Part shown: positions 19,735 through 29,811 of the stretch, piece by piece | How the letters are laid out: each line of letters opens with the position of its first letter | Position numbering within the stretch: position 1 is the stretch's first letter | NCBI GenBank assembly: GCA_022823405.1 | Contig: JAJDXD010000073.1 | Coordinates: 7,430 to 71,429, forward strand | Direction of reading: 5' to 3' | Source of the DNA: Gammaproteobacteria bacterium | GTDB taxonomy: Bacteria; Pseudomonadota; Gammaproteobacteria; Arenicellales; JAJDZL01 | Length of the DNA stretch: 64,000 bases | Notes under the pieces: model-generated | The model's input: only the letters and a program-made list of their open reading frames with translations | Databases searched by the model: none | What the model was told of the DNA's origin: nothing | Made by a program: the position numbers and the translations under genes

Positions 19735-20811
19735 CTACTGCGGTAACGAGCCTTCGACACCCATTACGTAGTAGTTCATTCCAAGCAGATCCCCATCGCT
19801 TAAAGTGGCACCCGCTCCGATAATTTCGTTACCAGACTGATCCTGGATCGGCCCAGCGAATGGGTGTAATTCTCCAGAACGAATCGCTGCGATTGTCGCT
19901 TCCGCGTCAGCAATGACTTCCGCAGACATGGATTCTGCATTGAATTCGGACGATTTGATCATATCAGCGGAATATCCACCCCAAACGTCGCCCGATTTCC
20001 AAGTGCCATCCATCACCGCTCTCGTGCGTTCAACATAGTAGGGGCCCCAATTGTTAATGGCTGAGGTCAGATGCGCTCTTGGGCCAAAGGCGGCCATGTC
20101 GGACGCCTGACCAATTGCCCAAACACCGCGTTCTTCAGCAACCTGAAGCGGTGCTGGGGAATCCGTGTGCTGAGTGATGATATCGGCACCCTGATCGATC
20201 AGAGCTTTGGCAGCATCGCCTTCTTTACCAGGATCAAACCAAGTGCTTACCCACACGACTTTGATGGTTGCATCTGGATTGACGCTACGCAAACCTAGGG
20301 CAAAAGCATTGATGCCTCTTACAACCTCTGGAATGGGGAAAGATGCGATATACCCAATCGTATTGGTCTTTGTAACGTGGCCTGCGACTCGACCATTAAC
20401 GTATCGTGCTTCATAAAAGCGCGCCAGGTAAGTGGCAACGTTATCTGCACGCTTGTAGCCGGAGCAATGCTCGAAATAAGTATCTGGAAAACTTTGTGCA
20501 ACCTTGATCGTTGGGTTCATATAACCAAAAGAGGTGGTAAAGATTAACTTGTTTCCGTCCGCAGCAAGCTGTCGAATAACTCGCTCGGCATCCTGACCTT
20601 CAGGAACGAATTCGACAAAACTCGTTTGTACTTTGTCACCGAATGCTTCTTCGACCGCAAGACGTCCATCGTTGTGCTGATATGTCCAACCGTGATCACC
20701 AACCGGACCGATGTACACAAACCCAATCTTTAAGGGGTCATCGGCCAACGCTAAACCCGAACTGATTGCGTAGGTAAATGCCGCAATGGCGGCGATTAAG
20801 AACTTTTTCAT
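19735..20811 (-). CDS. BMP-family (PnrA-like) nucleoside ABC transporter substrate-binding protein
   Basis: The start is set at MKKFLIAAIAAFTYAISSGLALA (signal peptide). The rest is BMP/Med family sequence. Confidence 0.85.
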   Translation of the reverse strand: MKKFLIAAIAAFTYAISSGLALADDPLKIGFVYIGPVGDHGWTYQHNDGRLAVEEAFGDKVQTSFVEFVPEGQDAERVIRQLAADGNKLIFTTSFGYMNPTIKVAQSFPDTYFEHCSGYKRADNVATYLARFYEARYVNGRVAGHVTKTNTIGYIASFPIPEVVRGINAFALGLRSVNPDATIKVVWVSTWFDPGKEGDAAKALIDQGADIITQHTDSPAPLQVAEERGVWAIGQASDMAAFGPRAHLTSAINNWGPYYVERTRAVMDGTWKSGDVWGGYSADMIKSSEFNAESMSAEVIADAEATIAAIRSGELHPFAGPIQDQSGNEIIGAGATLSDGDLLGMNYYVMGVEGSLPQ

Positions 20812-21057
20812 TCTTCCATTTCTCCTAATTCTTGTTTCTTCGCTAGTGATCAAATACAGAATCACCCAAAGAAATTATGCGTTAAATTTGAGCTTCTCTA
20901 GACTGCTCCATCGAATTATTTTAACACCAACAGACAGCCGCCATAACTTGTGAGAATAACCCGAATTCTTTTCATCCAATTCACCACGAACATCAAGCGA
21001 GATTCAAAAAATCCCAGTATGTTCCAGATGATCTCCTGTTATTGAAAATGAAATCAA

Positions 21058-21987
21058 TCAGGTGTTGGAATGGAATATCTGACCCAGACAGGCTGGTGCG
21101 CTCAGCTTAACGCGCGAAGCATTTCTTGAAATCAGCACCAGCACGAGTATCGTAACCAGGTACGGCAACATCGACAGTACCTGTCCGGGTATTTGCACAC
21201 CAAATCCTTGCAGATGTAGCTGAAAAATGGTCACCGCTCCAAACAGATAAGCGCCAATTAGGACTCGACCGGGTTTCCACGTTGCGAATACCACCAAAGC
21301 CAGCGCTATCCATCCGCGGCCTGCGGTCATTTGTTCAACCCACATTGGTGTATAGGATAAAGACAGGAAAGCACCACCCAGTCCTGCCATCGCGCCGCCA
21401 AACATCACTGCGAAAAACCTGATTCTGATCACCGAATATCCAATCGAGTGAGCAGCATCATGTGATTCCCCAACTGCTCTCAGTATCAGCCCGGCTCTGG
21501 ACCGAAACAGGAAAAAATTAACAGCAACGACCATAAAGACCGAAAAATAAATCAGAAAATCCTGTTCGAACAATAAGGGGCCTAAAATCGGAATGTCTCC
21601 TAGAACTGGAATATCAAGCGTCGGCAGCTTTTCAATCGGCAATCCGATAAACGGAATTCCGAGAAGAGAACTGATGCCGATACCAAACAAAGTCAGCGCA
21701 AGTCCAGAAGCAACTTGATTGGCGAGAAAAAACAGTGTAAGCACCCCAAACAGCATAGACATGATGACACCCGCAGCAGCGCCGGCAACAATTCCAAGCG
21801 CCCAACTGCCTGTCGTTAGCATCGCGATGAATGCGCTAACCGCACCGACCAGCATCATCCCTTCTACTCCGAGATTCAGAATCCCGGATTTTTCCACCAC
21901 TAACTCACCGGTTGCCGCAAGCAACAGCGGAGTGGCAGCACTCACAACAGTAAGCAGAATTAATTCAACTGTAGTAATTGCAGCCAT
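21058..21987 (-). CDS. ABC transporter permease (nucleoside/simple sugar type)
   Basis: 309 aa, highly hydrophobic with about 8-10 TM segments. It is in an operon with the BMP SBP and a tandem ATPase. Confidence 0.85.
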   Translation of the reverse strand: MAAITTVELILLTVVSAATPLLLAATGELVVEKSGILNLGVEGMMLVGAVSAFIAMLTTGSWALGIVAGAAAGVIMSMLFGVLTLFFLANQVASGLALTLFGIGISSLLGIPFIGLPIEKLPTLDIPVLGDIPILGPLLFEQDFLIYFSVFMVVAVNFFLFRSRAGLILRAVGESHDAAHSIGYSVIRIRFFAVMFGGAMAGLGGAFLSLSYTPMWVEQMTAGRGWIALALVVFATWKPGRVLIGAYLFGAVTIFQLHLQGFGVQIPGQVLSMLPYLVTILVLVLISRNASRVKLSAPACLGQIFHSNT

Positions 21988-23108
21988 CAGGTTGACCCTG
22001 CTGAGCTGCTGAGGCTCGTTTTTCTAATTTCAATTCGGTAGTGAATCAGAATGTCGCAGGACAGCAAAAAGAACAGTAGCATGCCTTGAAAGACACCAGC
22101 AATGCCGAGTGGCAATCCAAGCTTGATCTGTACAAACTCACCACCCAAATAAGATAGTGCTAACACCAAACTGGCAAACAATATACCGACCGGGTGCAAA
22201 CGTCCCAGGAAGGCAACAATGATCGCTGAAAAGCCATAGCCGGGGGAGATAATCGGCTGTACTTGTCCAATCAATCCTGAAACTTCAATAATGCCCGCTA
22301 GTCCTGCGAGCCCGCCAGCACCCAACAAAACACACCAAATCATGAGGTTTGAACGAACCCCGGTATATCTTGCAGCCTGAGGTGCCAATCCAGATACTCT
22401 GACCTGAAATCCCGCCAGGGTTCTGGAGATCAATATCCAACCTGTGATGATTGCCAGCAAAGCAAATATCGTTCCAAGATGCAATCGTGTCCCAGACACA
22501 ATCACCGGCAGTGTCGCCACGTCTTGAAAAATAACACTTTCAGGAAAGTTGTAGCCTGCCGGGTCCCGCCAAGGGCCATGAACCAAAGTGCTCAACAGCA
22601 ATATTGCGACGTAGACCAGTAGCAGACTGGTCAGAATTTCGTTGGTGTTGAACCGTGTCTTTAGGAAAGCTGGGATCGATGCCCATGCCATACCACCTAA
22701 TATGCCAAGAATCAGCATGGCTGGCAGCATCAGAATATTATTTGACTCGGGAAAATATATGACTAGCGCACTGCCAGCTAAAGCACCAACGGTTAACTGG
22801 CCTTCTGCACCGATATTCCAAACATTGGCTCTAAACCCCATTGAGAGCCCTACTGCGATCATCGCCAGTGGTGAAGCCTTGACCAGGAGCTCGCAAACTC
22901 CATAGAGATCACTGATCGGACTGATGAAAAATGCATACAGACTCTGAAGAGGCGGATAGCCAAGCAGGTAAAACACGACCGTCCCCGCAACCAGACTCAA
23001 TCCCAAGGCCATCACTGGGGTCAACCAGGTCATCAACCTGGAGTGGGTCTGTCGAGGTACCAACTTAATTCGCACTGGTTCTACCTCATGCCGCTTCAGG
23101 ATGAGCAC
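21987..23108 (-). CDS. ABC transporter permease (nucleoside/simple sugar type)
   Basis: 373 aa multi-TM protein. It has a 1-nt overlap with the downstream permease and overlaps the ATPase end. Confidence 0.85.
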   Translation of the reverse strand: MLILKRHEVEPVRIKLVPRQTHSRLMTWLTPVMALGLSLVAGTVVFYLLGYPPLQSLYAFFISPISDLYGVCELLVKASPLAMIAVGLSMGFRANVWNIGAEGQLTVGALAGSALVIYFPESNNILMLPAMLILGILGGMAWASIPAFLKTRFNTNEILTSLLLVYVAILLLSTLVHGPWRDPAGYNFPESVIFQDVATLPVIVSGTRLHLGTIFALLAIITGWILISRTLAGFQVRVSGLAPQAARYTGVRSNLMIWCVLLGAGGLAGLAGIIEVSGLIGQVQPIISPGYGFSAIIVAFLGRLHPVGILFASLVLALSYLGGEFVQIKLGLPLGIAGVFQGMLLFFLLSCDILIHYRIEIRKTSLSSSAGST

Positions 23109-24597
23109 CGCCCATCAGAAGACCAATTTTCTCAGCTGTCAGACTCGAAACTGGATGGGGCTCGGATAAACTACCAGCAAACATCACAGCAATTCGATTG
23201 CATAACTCAAGCAACTCATCCAGATCCTGTGAGATGACCAAAACCGCTGTACCATTGGCGGCCAAGTCGAGTAGTGCCTTGTGAATGGCCAATTGAGAGC
23301 CTGCATCCACACCCCAGGTCGGCTGTGAAGCGAGCATTACCAATGGCTCCTGTAAAATTTCACGACCGATCAGAAACTTTTGCAGATTTCCGCCGGACAG
23401 ACTACCAGCATCAACGTGAATTCCCGCGTGTCTGACATCAAAATCATCACAGGTTTTCTGCGCAAAGGTTCGAGCATTTGAATAATTCATCCAAAGCCTG
23501 CGAGCCAGGTTGAAACGCTGGTGTCCGCCCAGAAATACATTTTCGATCAATGACATACTACCAACGGCGCCATGGCCCAAGCGTTCTTCCGGAACAATAG
23601 CCGCACCGAGTTCTCTGCGCTCACGAATACTTCGCTGCCCACACTCAACACCATTGATGCTTATGGCGGCGTTGTCGTCGGCCAGCACCTCACCGGCCAG
23701 CATTTCCATCAACTCGGTCTGTCCATTGCCGGCGACACCAGCTATTCCGAATATTTCTCCTTCACGAACATCAAAATTGATGTTCTTTAATGAAATGCTG
23801 CGTTCATCTTCAGCAATCCGCGAGAGGTTTTGAACTAAAAATTTTGTCGCACCCGTCTTTTTTAACTCGTAAGCTGGAGGATCGAGCGACCTTCCAATCA
23901 TCATTTCGGCAAGGCTTCGCGTACTTTCCTTAGTTGGGTCACATTCTGCGACCACTTTACCCTGCCTTAGGATTGTGGCGTGGTGACACAACTCCTTGAT
24001 TTCTTCAAGCTTATGACTGATGTAGAGAATTGCACAACCTTCCTCAGCGAGTTGGTTCAAAACTTTGAACAGGTTGTCTGCTTCCTGCGGCGTCAGAACC
24101 GAAGTCGGCTCATCCATGATGAGCAGTTTTGGAGATTGCAGCAGACAGCGAACAATTTCCACCCGCTGCCGTTCACCAACTGACAGCGAAAATACATCGC
24201 GTTCGGGATCAAGTCCCAAACCGTAGGTGTTGGAGACTTCATGAATCTTTTGTGAGAGCCCATCGCCACCCGCTTTGGAAGAAATGGCTAGTTCGATATT
24301 GTCCCGTACCGACAGCGCATCAAACAGCGAAAAATGCTGAAACACCATGCCGATTCCGATCTGGCGCGCGTGGGCTGGACTCGTCACGCTAACCGAGTTT
24401 CCCATCCAGTACATGTCGCCTTCGTCGGCGGCATAGTATCCGTAAATGATCTTGACTAGAGTGCTCTTGCCGGCACCATTTTCCCCAAGAAGCGCATGAA
24501 TCTGGCCTTCTGGAATTGAAATGTCAACCGAGTCGTTAGCCAATACTCCAGGGAAAGCTTTGGTTACACCCCGAAGTTCCAGCAACGGTGAACTCAC
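23086..24597 (-). CDS. ABC transporter ATP-binding protein with duplicated ATPase domains
   Basis: 503 aa with two ABC cassettes (GENGAGKST with LSVGERQRVEI, then a second LSGGNLQK). Confidence 0.9.
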   Translation of the reverse strand: MSSPLLELRGVTKAFPGVLANDSVDISIPEGQIHALLGENGAGKSTLVKIIYGYYAADEGDMYWMGNSVSVTSPAHARQIGIGMVFQHFSLFDALSVRDNIELAISSKAGGDGLSQKIHEVSNTYGLGLDPERDVFSLSVGERQRVEIVRCLLQSPKLLIMDEPTSVLTPQEADNLFKVLNQLAEEGCAILYISHKLEEIKELCHHATILRQGKVVAECDPTKESTRSLAEMMIGRSLDPPAYELKKTGATKFLVQNLSRIAEDERSISLKNINFDVREGEIFGIAGVAGNGQTELMEMLAGEVLADDNAAISINGVECGQRSIRERRELGAAIVPEERLGHGAVGSMSLIENVFLGGHQRFNLARRLWMNYSNARTFAQKTCDDFDVRHAGIHVDAGSLSGGNLQKFLIGREILQEPLVMLASQPTWGVDAGSQLAIHKALLDLAANGTAVLVISQDLDELLELCNRIAVMFAGSLSEPHPVSSLTAEKIGLLMGGAHPEAA

Positions 24598-25649
24598 GTT
24601 TGCACCTCTGCCTGAAAAACCGATTTTTCTGTATCTTCACTAATCCCGATTCGATTTCGAACTTCCTGCAACTGCGCAGCTGTCGAAAGAGCAATGACCG
24701 CGGGGTATTTTCCGCGAATGCTGGGAAGTCCGATTGGACAGATCAACCGCTGCAGTGTAAATGAATTGATGCCATCTTTAATTAAGCGCTGCTCGAATCT
24801 TTGCCGTTTGGTATTTGAACCGATCAACCCGAGCCAGCCAAAGTTCCGTCGCTTGAGAATATGCAGACACAACTCATAATCCAATCCATGATCGTGGGTC
24901 ATCACAACGAAAAAAGTCCCATCTGGCTGTGCATCAATGAAGCTGGTTAAATCATCTGGCGAAAGGGCTCTTGCATTGTCTGGGATACTCGAAGGAAACA
25001 CGTCTTCACGCTGGTCCACCCAGTCAATCTGAAATGACAGATTCTGCAGCAGCGGTACAAGCGCTTTGCCAACATGTCCGGCTCCAAATAATACAATCTT
25101 GATTGGCTTCTCATTGAGGTGCGTAATAAACCATTGAGTCGAACCTTCCAAAACCAGTCTGCTGTACTCGGAACTGCCAGCAACCAGTTCCCTAGCAGTG
25201 TCCCAAACCGAATTAGGTAGATCTTCAACATCGTTTCTGCGGGACACGACCATAGTCGGGCGGTCATCGGACACGCAAGAAACCAAGTACCGTGGTCGCC
25301 CGTCACCTTCAATACCAAGCTCATGAATCAATTGATCAGCCGAGTTTCCAGAAAACATCTCATACATCAGCTGCACCGCACCGCCACAGCACTGCTTCAA
25401 CGTAATGCCCAATCCTGAATACTCGGTATTTCGGGTAAACTTCTGGGGTTGGACAAGCATCGCTTGGGCGTTCTGAATCGCCTGATACTCCAGGTTTCCG
25501 CCACCGATACTGCCTTGCGAAGACTTGCTAGTAACGATCATTCGCGCCCCAACCTCTCTCGGTGCAGATCCATTGATTTCGATCACGGTCACGATCACGA
25601 AGCGATCAAGCCCGACCAGATATTCATAGAGGTCCTGCCGAAGACTCAT
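24594..25649 (-). CDS. xdhC: xanthine dehydrogenase accessory protein XdhC
   Basis: XdhC_CoxI and XdhC_C architecture with a Rossmann-like VLFGAGHVG. The start is set at MSLRQDLYEY (25649), just after the xdhB stop. The stop overlaps the ABC ATPase start (ATGA-type, 24594-24597). Confidence 0.8.
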   Translation of the reverse strand: MSLRQDLYEYLVGLDRFVIVTVIEINGSAPREVGARMIVTSKSSQGSIGGGNLEYQAIQNAQAMLVQPQKFTRNTEYSGLGITLKQCCGGAVQLMYEMFSGNSADQLIHELGIEGDGRPRYLVSCVSDDRPTMVVSRRNDVEDLPNSVWDTARELVAGSSEYSRLVLEGSTQWFITHLNEKPIKIVLFGAGHVGKALVPLLQNLSFQIDWVDQREDVFPSSIPDNARALSPDDLTSFIDAQPDGTFFVVMTHDHGLDYELCLHILKRRNFGWLGLIGSNTKRQRFEQRLIKDGINSFTLQRLICPIGLPSIRGKYPAVIALSTAAQLQEVRNRIGISEDTEKSVFQAEVQT

Positions 25650-25653
25650 TGAC

Positions 25654-28023
25654 TCACACCCCACTCGAACGCATTTCATTGATTGCCATCAGCACACGCT
25701 CAGGTGTGGCAGGCGCATCAATAGCTGACCATCGTTTGTAGTCCGATAGACTTGAAACAGCATCCGTAATTGCACTGAATACGGAGACAGCCAACAGTAA
25801 CGGCGGCTCACCGACTGCCTTGGATCGATAGATTGTCTGCTCGACGTTTCGGCCGCGTTCCCAGATCTTCACATTGAAGGCTTCTGGTACATCACCGCTA
25901 GCAGGAATCTTGTAAGTTGAAGGAGCGTGGGTTTTGAGTACTCCGTTATCATCCCACCACAATTCTTCGCTCGTCAACCACCCAGTGCCTTGAACAAATC
26001 CGCCTTCGATCTGACCGAGATCAACAGCCGGATTCAGTGAGCGGCCAGCATCATGAAGAATATCAACCCGGGTGATCCGATATTCGCCCGTTAGACGATC
26101 AATCGCGACCTCACTCACTGCTACGCCATAGGCGAAATAGTAAAACGGATGCCCAGTCATAGTTTTTGGGTCCCAAGTGATTTTTGGCGTTTTGTAATAT
26201 CCGGTAGATGACAGTGAAACGCACGCTACTTGAGCCATCTTTGCCAGCTTCTGGAATGAAACCGATGATCGGCCCGCAATAACTGAGCCATTCAGGAAGA
26301 TGACTTCGTCTTTTTCCACACCAAATGCCTTGGCAGCTACACCGATTAATCTATTTTTAATCGTTCGTGCAGCGGCTTTTGCAGCCATGCTGTTTAAATC
26401 TGATCCAGATGATGCAGCAGTTGCGGAGGTATTCGGAACCCTTGAAGTGTTGGTTTCCGCCAACTTGACCCATTCCAACGGTACTGAGAATTCATCAGCC
26501 ACAACTTGTGCAACTTTGATGAATAGTCCCTGTCCCATTTCCGTCCCACCGTGATTGAGATGAATGCTACCGTCCGTGTAAACATGAACCAGTGCACCTG
26601 CCTGATTGAAGTAGGACATTGTGAATGAAACACCAAATTTTGCGGGTGTTAGCGCAATCCCTCGCAATAGGTTGGATTCACCCTGATTCAATTGTCGGAT
26701 TCTCTGGCGGCGGGCATGATAGTCTGAAGATTCAACCAGTTCCACGGTCATCTCGTTCAATACAAAATCGGAAACTTTCATGCCGTAAGGGGTGATATTC
26801 CGAGTCCGTTTTCCGTAATAGTTTCGCTGCCGTACTTGAAGCGGGTCTTTTCCAAGATGACAGCCAATTTCATCAATAATTCGCTCGATACAGAGCACCG
26901 CCTGAGGCGCCCCAAACCCTCGAAATGCCGTGTTCGATACAGAATTGGTACGGCAAAGATGTGTCGTTGCAACGACATTTTCCAGGTAATAGGCATTATC
27001 AATGCTCAGGAGAGCACGATCATTGATGGGTTTGGAAAGGTCGGCGGAGTAACCGCATTTTGAAGCCATCTCAACGATCAGGCCATGAATTGTTCCATCA
27101 TCTCCGAACCCTACTCGATATCTGAAAGAGAAGTCATGCCGCTTGCCGGTCGCCAGCATATCAACATCTCGATCAAGTCGAATCTTTGCGGGTCGTCCGG
27201 TTCGTTCGGCAGCCATCGCCGCAATACAGGCCCACTGCGAGGCTTGTGACTCCTTGCCGCCAAATGCGCCACCCATTCGGCGAACTTCGACTATGATCGA
27301 ATGTAATTTTTTGTTCAGCAGTTTCGAAATCAGAAGCTGAATTTCAGAAGGATGTTGAGTGGAACAGTAAATCACCATGTCCCCGCCTTCTCTCGGTATC
27401 GCCATTGCGGCCTGACCTTCAAGGTAAAAATGATCCTGACCTCCATTTCGAACCGTTCCTTCAAGTTGATGTGGTGCGTCCTGAATTGCACGTTCAGGCT
27501 CACCACGTCGAATGGTTGCAGAAGGTAGAACGAATGATTCCCGTTCGAGTGCCTGTTCAATTGTCAGAACAGGCTCTTCAAGTTCGTACTCGACAACAGA
27601 CTCGAGGCAAGCAAGTCGTGCCTGTAGTTCCGATTCAGCTGCTACCGCAAACAAGACCTGTCCGGCAAAGTCAACCCGACCCTCCGCAAAAACCGGATCA
27701 TCTCCAATTGTTGGACTACAGTCATTTTTTCCAGGCACTATACTCGCATCAAGTACAGCAACGACACCTGGTGCACTGCCAACCCGACGTGTGTCCATCG
27801 AAGTTACTCGAGCTGCGGCATGGGGACTGAGTGCTGGCCAGATGTGCAGCAAATTTCTTGGTTCCGGAATGTCATCAATGTAAACCGCTTCGCCGGTTAC
27901 ATGACGTTCAGCACTATCATGGGCAATGGGCTTGTGCACACTTGCTGGCAGCAGGGACTTTGTCGGTCGATCAAGCACAATCTGCCTCCCAAACAATAGG
28001 CCTTTCGTGTCCCGAAATTTCAT
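25654..28023 (-). CDS. xdhB: xanthine dehydrogenase molybdopterin-binding subunit
   Basis: About 790 aa with the Mo-hydroxylase large-subunit motifs GGAFGGKE and FRGFGAPQ. The start is uncertain: the ATG at 28023 overlaps xdhA by 53 nt, and an alternative GTG at 27978 gives a GTGCTTGA overlap. Confidence 0.85.
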   Translation of the reverse strand: MKFRDTKGLLFGRQIVLDRPTKSLLPASVHKPIAHDSAERHVTGEAVYIDDIPEPRNLLHIWPALSPHAAARVTSMDTRRVGSAPGVVAVLDASIVPGKNDCSPTIGDDPVFAEGRVDFAGQVLFAVAAESELQARLACLESVVEYELEEPVLTIEQALERESFVLPSATIRRGEPERAIQDAPHQLEGTVRNGGQDHFYLEGQAAMAIPREGGDMVIYCSTQHPSEIQLLISKLLNKKLHSIIVEVRRMGGAFGGKESQASQWACIAAMAAERTGRPAKIRLDRDVDMLATGKRHDFSFRYRVGFGDDGTIHGLIVEMASKCGYSADLSKPINDRALLSIDNAYYLENVVATTHLCRTNSVSNTAFRGFGAPQAVLCIERIIDEIGCHLGKDPLQVRQRNYYGKRTRNITPYGMKVSDFVLNEMTVELVESSDYHARRQRIRQLNQGESNLLRGIALTPAKFGVSFTMSYFNQAGALVHVYTDGSIHLNHGGTEMGQGLFIKVAQVVADEFSVPLEWVKLAETNTSRVPNTSATAASSGSDLNSMAAKAAARTIKNRLIGVAAKAFGVEKDEVIFLNGSVIAGRSSVSFQKLAKMAQVACVSLSSTGYYKTPKITWDPKTMTGHPFYYFAYGVAVSEVAIDRLTGEYRITRVDILHDAGRSLNPAVDLGQIEGGFVQGTGWLTSEELWWDDNGVLKTHAPSTYKIPASGDVPEAFNVKIWERGRNVEQTIYRSKAVGEPPLLLAVSVFSAITDAVSSLSDYKRWSAIDAPATPERVLMAINEMRSSGV

Positions 28024-29434
28024 CGAACAGTTTTTCAAGAAGATTTCCAGCAACCCGAGTCCGGTAGTCAGAATTTCCTCTAAAGTCAGTAATGGGGGTG
28101 AAGTCCCGCTGCAATGCCTGCCGGCCCCTGTCAATTACATCGCCTGATATAGGAGAACCGATTAAGGCTTCCTCACAGTGAAATGCTCGCCTTGGTGTTG
28201 CAGCCATGCCACCGAATGAGATTCGAACCGTTTGAATAATTCCAGCATTCAGGGTCACAGAGAATGCGCCACAAACCGCGGAAATGTCCTGATGAAATCG
28301 CTTGGATAATTTGTAAACCCTGAAATGCTGTCCTTCTACGGGCAGGGGCAAATCGATTCGTTCCAGAAATTCACCAGGTCTGAGGTCCTGCCTGCCATAG
28401 TCTATGAAGTAATCCTCAGCGGGTAAGGTACGAGAACCGGCAGCACATGAGATAATCAATTTTGCATCCAGCGCGATTAGAACAGGCAGACTATCTCCTA
28501 TCGGCGATCCATTCGCAACGTTGCCACCGATGGTGGCCTGATTTCGAACCTGTACCGAACCATAGCGCCTAAAGAGTTCATCCAGCGATGGATAGTATAG
28601 AGAAAGCGTATCCATTGCGTCAGTTATGGTCATTGCAGAACCAATCCTGATCATCTCCTTTTCGATTGAAATGCTTTGAAGCTCCTGAATATCAGAGACT
28701 GATATGACACAATCCAGGTGTCTGCGCTCTTTGGTAACCCACAGCCCAACATCGGTTGCACCTGCCACAATTCGGCTTTCCGGATTTTCTTTGAGAATCT
28801 GTTTCAGTTCTTTAACGGTTGCCGGTGCGTGGTAGCTTTGCTGACTCATGTCAAGATGAACTGAAGGTGCGGCATCTAGATCTGACAGAGACCGTAAAGT
28901 TTGTTTTTCGCGATGATCAAATTGATCTGGACGGTGTCCATGCAAGGCCTGACGGGCCGCTCGTACAATCGGTGCATATCCGGTACAGCGACAAAGATTA
29001 CCCGCCAATGCATCATCGATTGCAGCCCGGCTCGTATCACATCCATTGTGATACATGCCAAACAACGACATCACAAATCCTGGCGTGCAAAATCCACACT
29101 GCGAACCATGCTGGTCAACCATAGCCTGTTGCACCGGGTGCAGCTGTTCGTTCCTGTCTTTCAGGTGTTCAACGGTAATCAACTGCTTGCCGTGAAGAAA
29201 GGGTACAAACATGATGCAGGAATTACAGGCTTTGTATCGCAGTTTGCCATTTACATCTTCTGCGATGACGACTGTACAGGCACCGCAATCTCCTTCAGCG
29301 CACCCTTCCTTGGTACCAGTCATCCTCTCGACTTTACGAAGATACTCCAGTACGGTTGTAGTCGGCAGAATATCCGTCAGAACACGGGTTTCACTGCCCA
29401 ATAAAAATCGAATTGACTGGCGGTCCTGCATCAA
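27971..29434 (-). CDS. xdhA: xanthine dehydrogenase small subunit (2Fe-2S + FAD-binding)
   Basis: 487 aa with two [2Fe-2S] Cys clusters (CAEGDCGACTV, CGFCTPGF ... CRCTGY) followed by a FAD_binding_5 domain. Confidence 0.9.
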   Translation of the reverse strand: MMQDRQSIRFLLGSETRVLTDILPTTTVLEYLRKVERMTGTKEGCAEGDCGACTVVIAEDVNGKLRYKACNSCIMFVPFLHGKQLITVEHLKDRNEQLHPVQQAMVDQHGSQCGFCTPGFVMSLFGMYHNGCDTSRAAIDDALAGNLCRCTGYAPIVRAARQALHGHRPDQFDHREKQTLRSLSDLDAAPSVHLDMSQQSYHAPATVKELKQILKENPESRIVAGATDVGLWVTKERRHLDCVISVSDIQELQSISIEKEMIRIGSAMTITDAMDTLSLYYPSLDELFRRYGSVQVRNQATIGGNVANGSPIGDSLPVLIALDAKLIISCAAGSRTLPAEDYFIDYGRQDLRPGEFLERIDLPLPVEGQHFRVYKLSKRFHQDISAVCGAFSVTLNAGIIQTVRISFGGMAATPRRAFHCEEALIGSPISGDVIDRGRQALQRDFTPITDFRGNSDYRTRVAGNLLEKLFDEISGHERPIVWEADCA

Positions 29435-29811
29435 CTTCCTCGATAAGTCGAATACCCGTATCGCGATAGCAGAAGCGGAACGTGATAGTGCTGCGTCGGA
29501 TCAGAAATACCGAATCGAATCACAACCGCATCCAAAAATTTGGGTTCAGCCTGGCTGTCACTCCAGGAATCAAAGTATGCGCCTGCCTGAAATACGATTT
29601 CATAACAGCCCTTGACAAATGCGTCACCCTCCAGCAAGGGCTGATCACAGCGGCCATCGAAGTTGGTTGTATCGGATGCAACCAGTTCCCATTCGGTATC
29701 AGAATCGTCTGCTTGATCTTCATCCGATGTCAGACGATAGAGCTCGATTGCAATACCTCGCCCGGGACAGCCGTGTACCAGATCAAGTACATGTGTCGTT
29801 AATTTATTCAT
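29431..29811 (-). CDS. uraH: 5-hydroxyisourate hydrolase (transthyretin-like)
   Basis: 126 aa with an N-terminal LTTHVLD and the C-terminal YSTYRGS signature. Confidence 0.9.
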   Translation of the reverse strand: MNKLTTHVLDLVHGCPGRGIAIELYRLTSDEDQADDSDTEWELVASDTTNFDGRCDQPLLEGDAFVKGCYEIVFQAGAYFDSWSDSQAEPKFLDAVVIRFGISDPTQHYHVPLLLSRYGYSTYRGS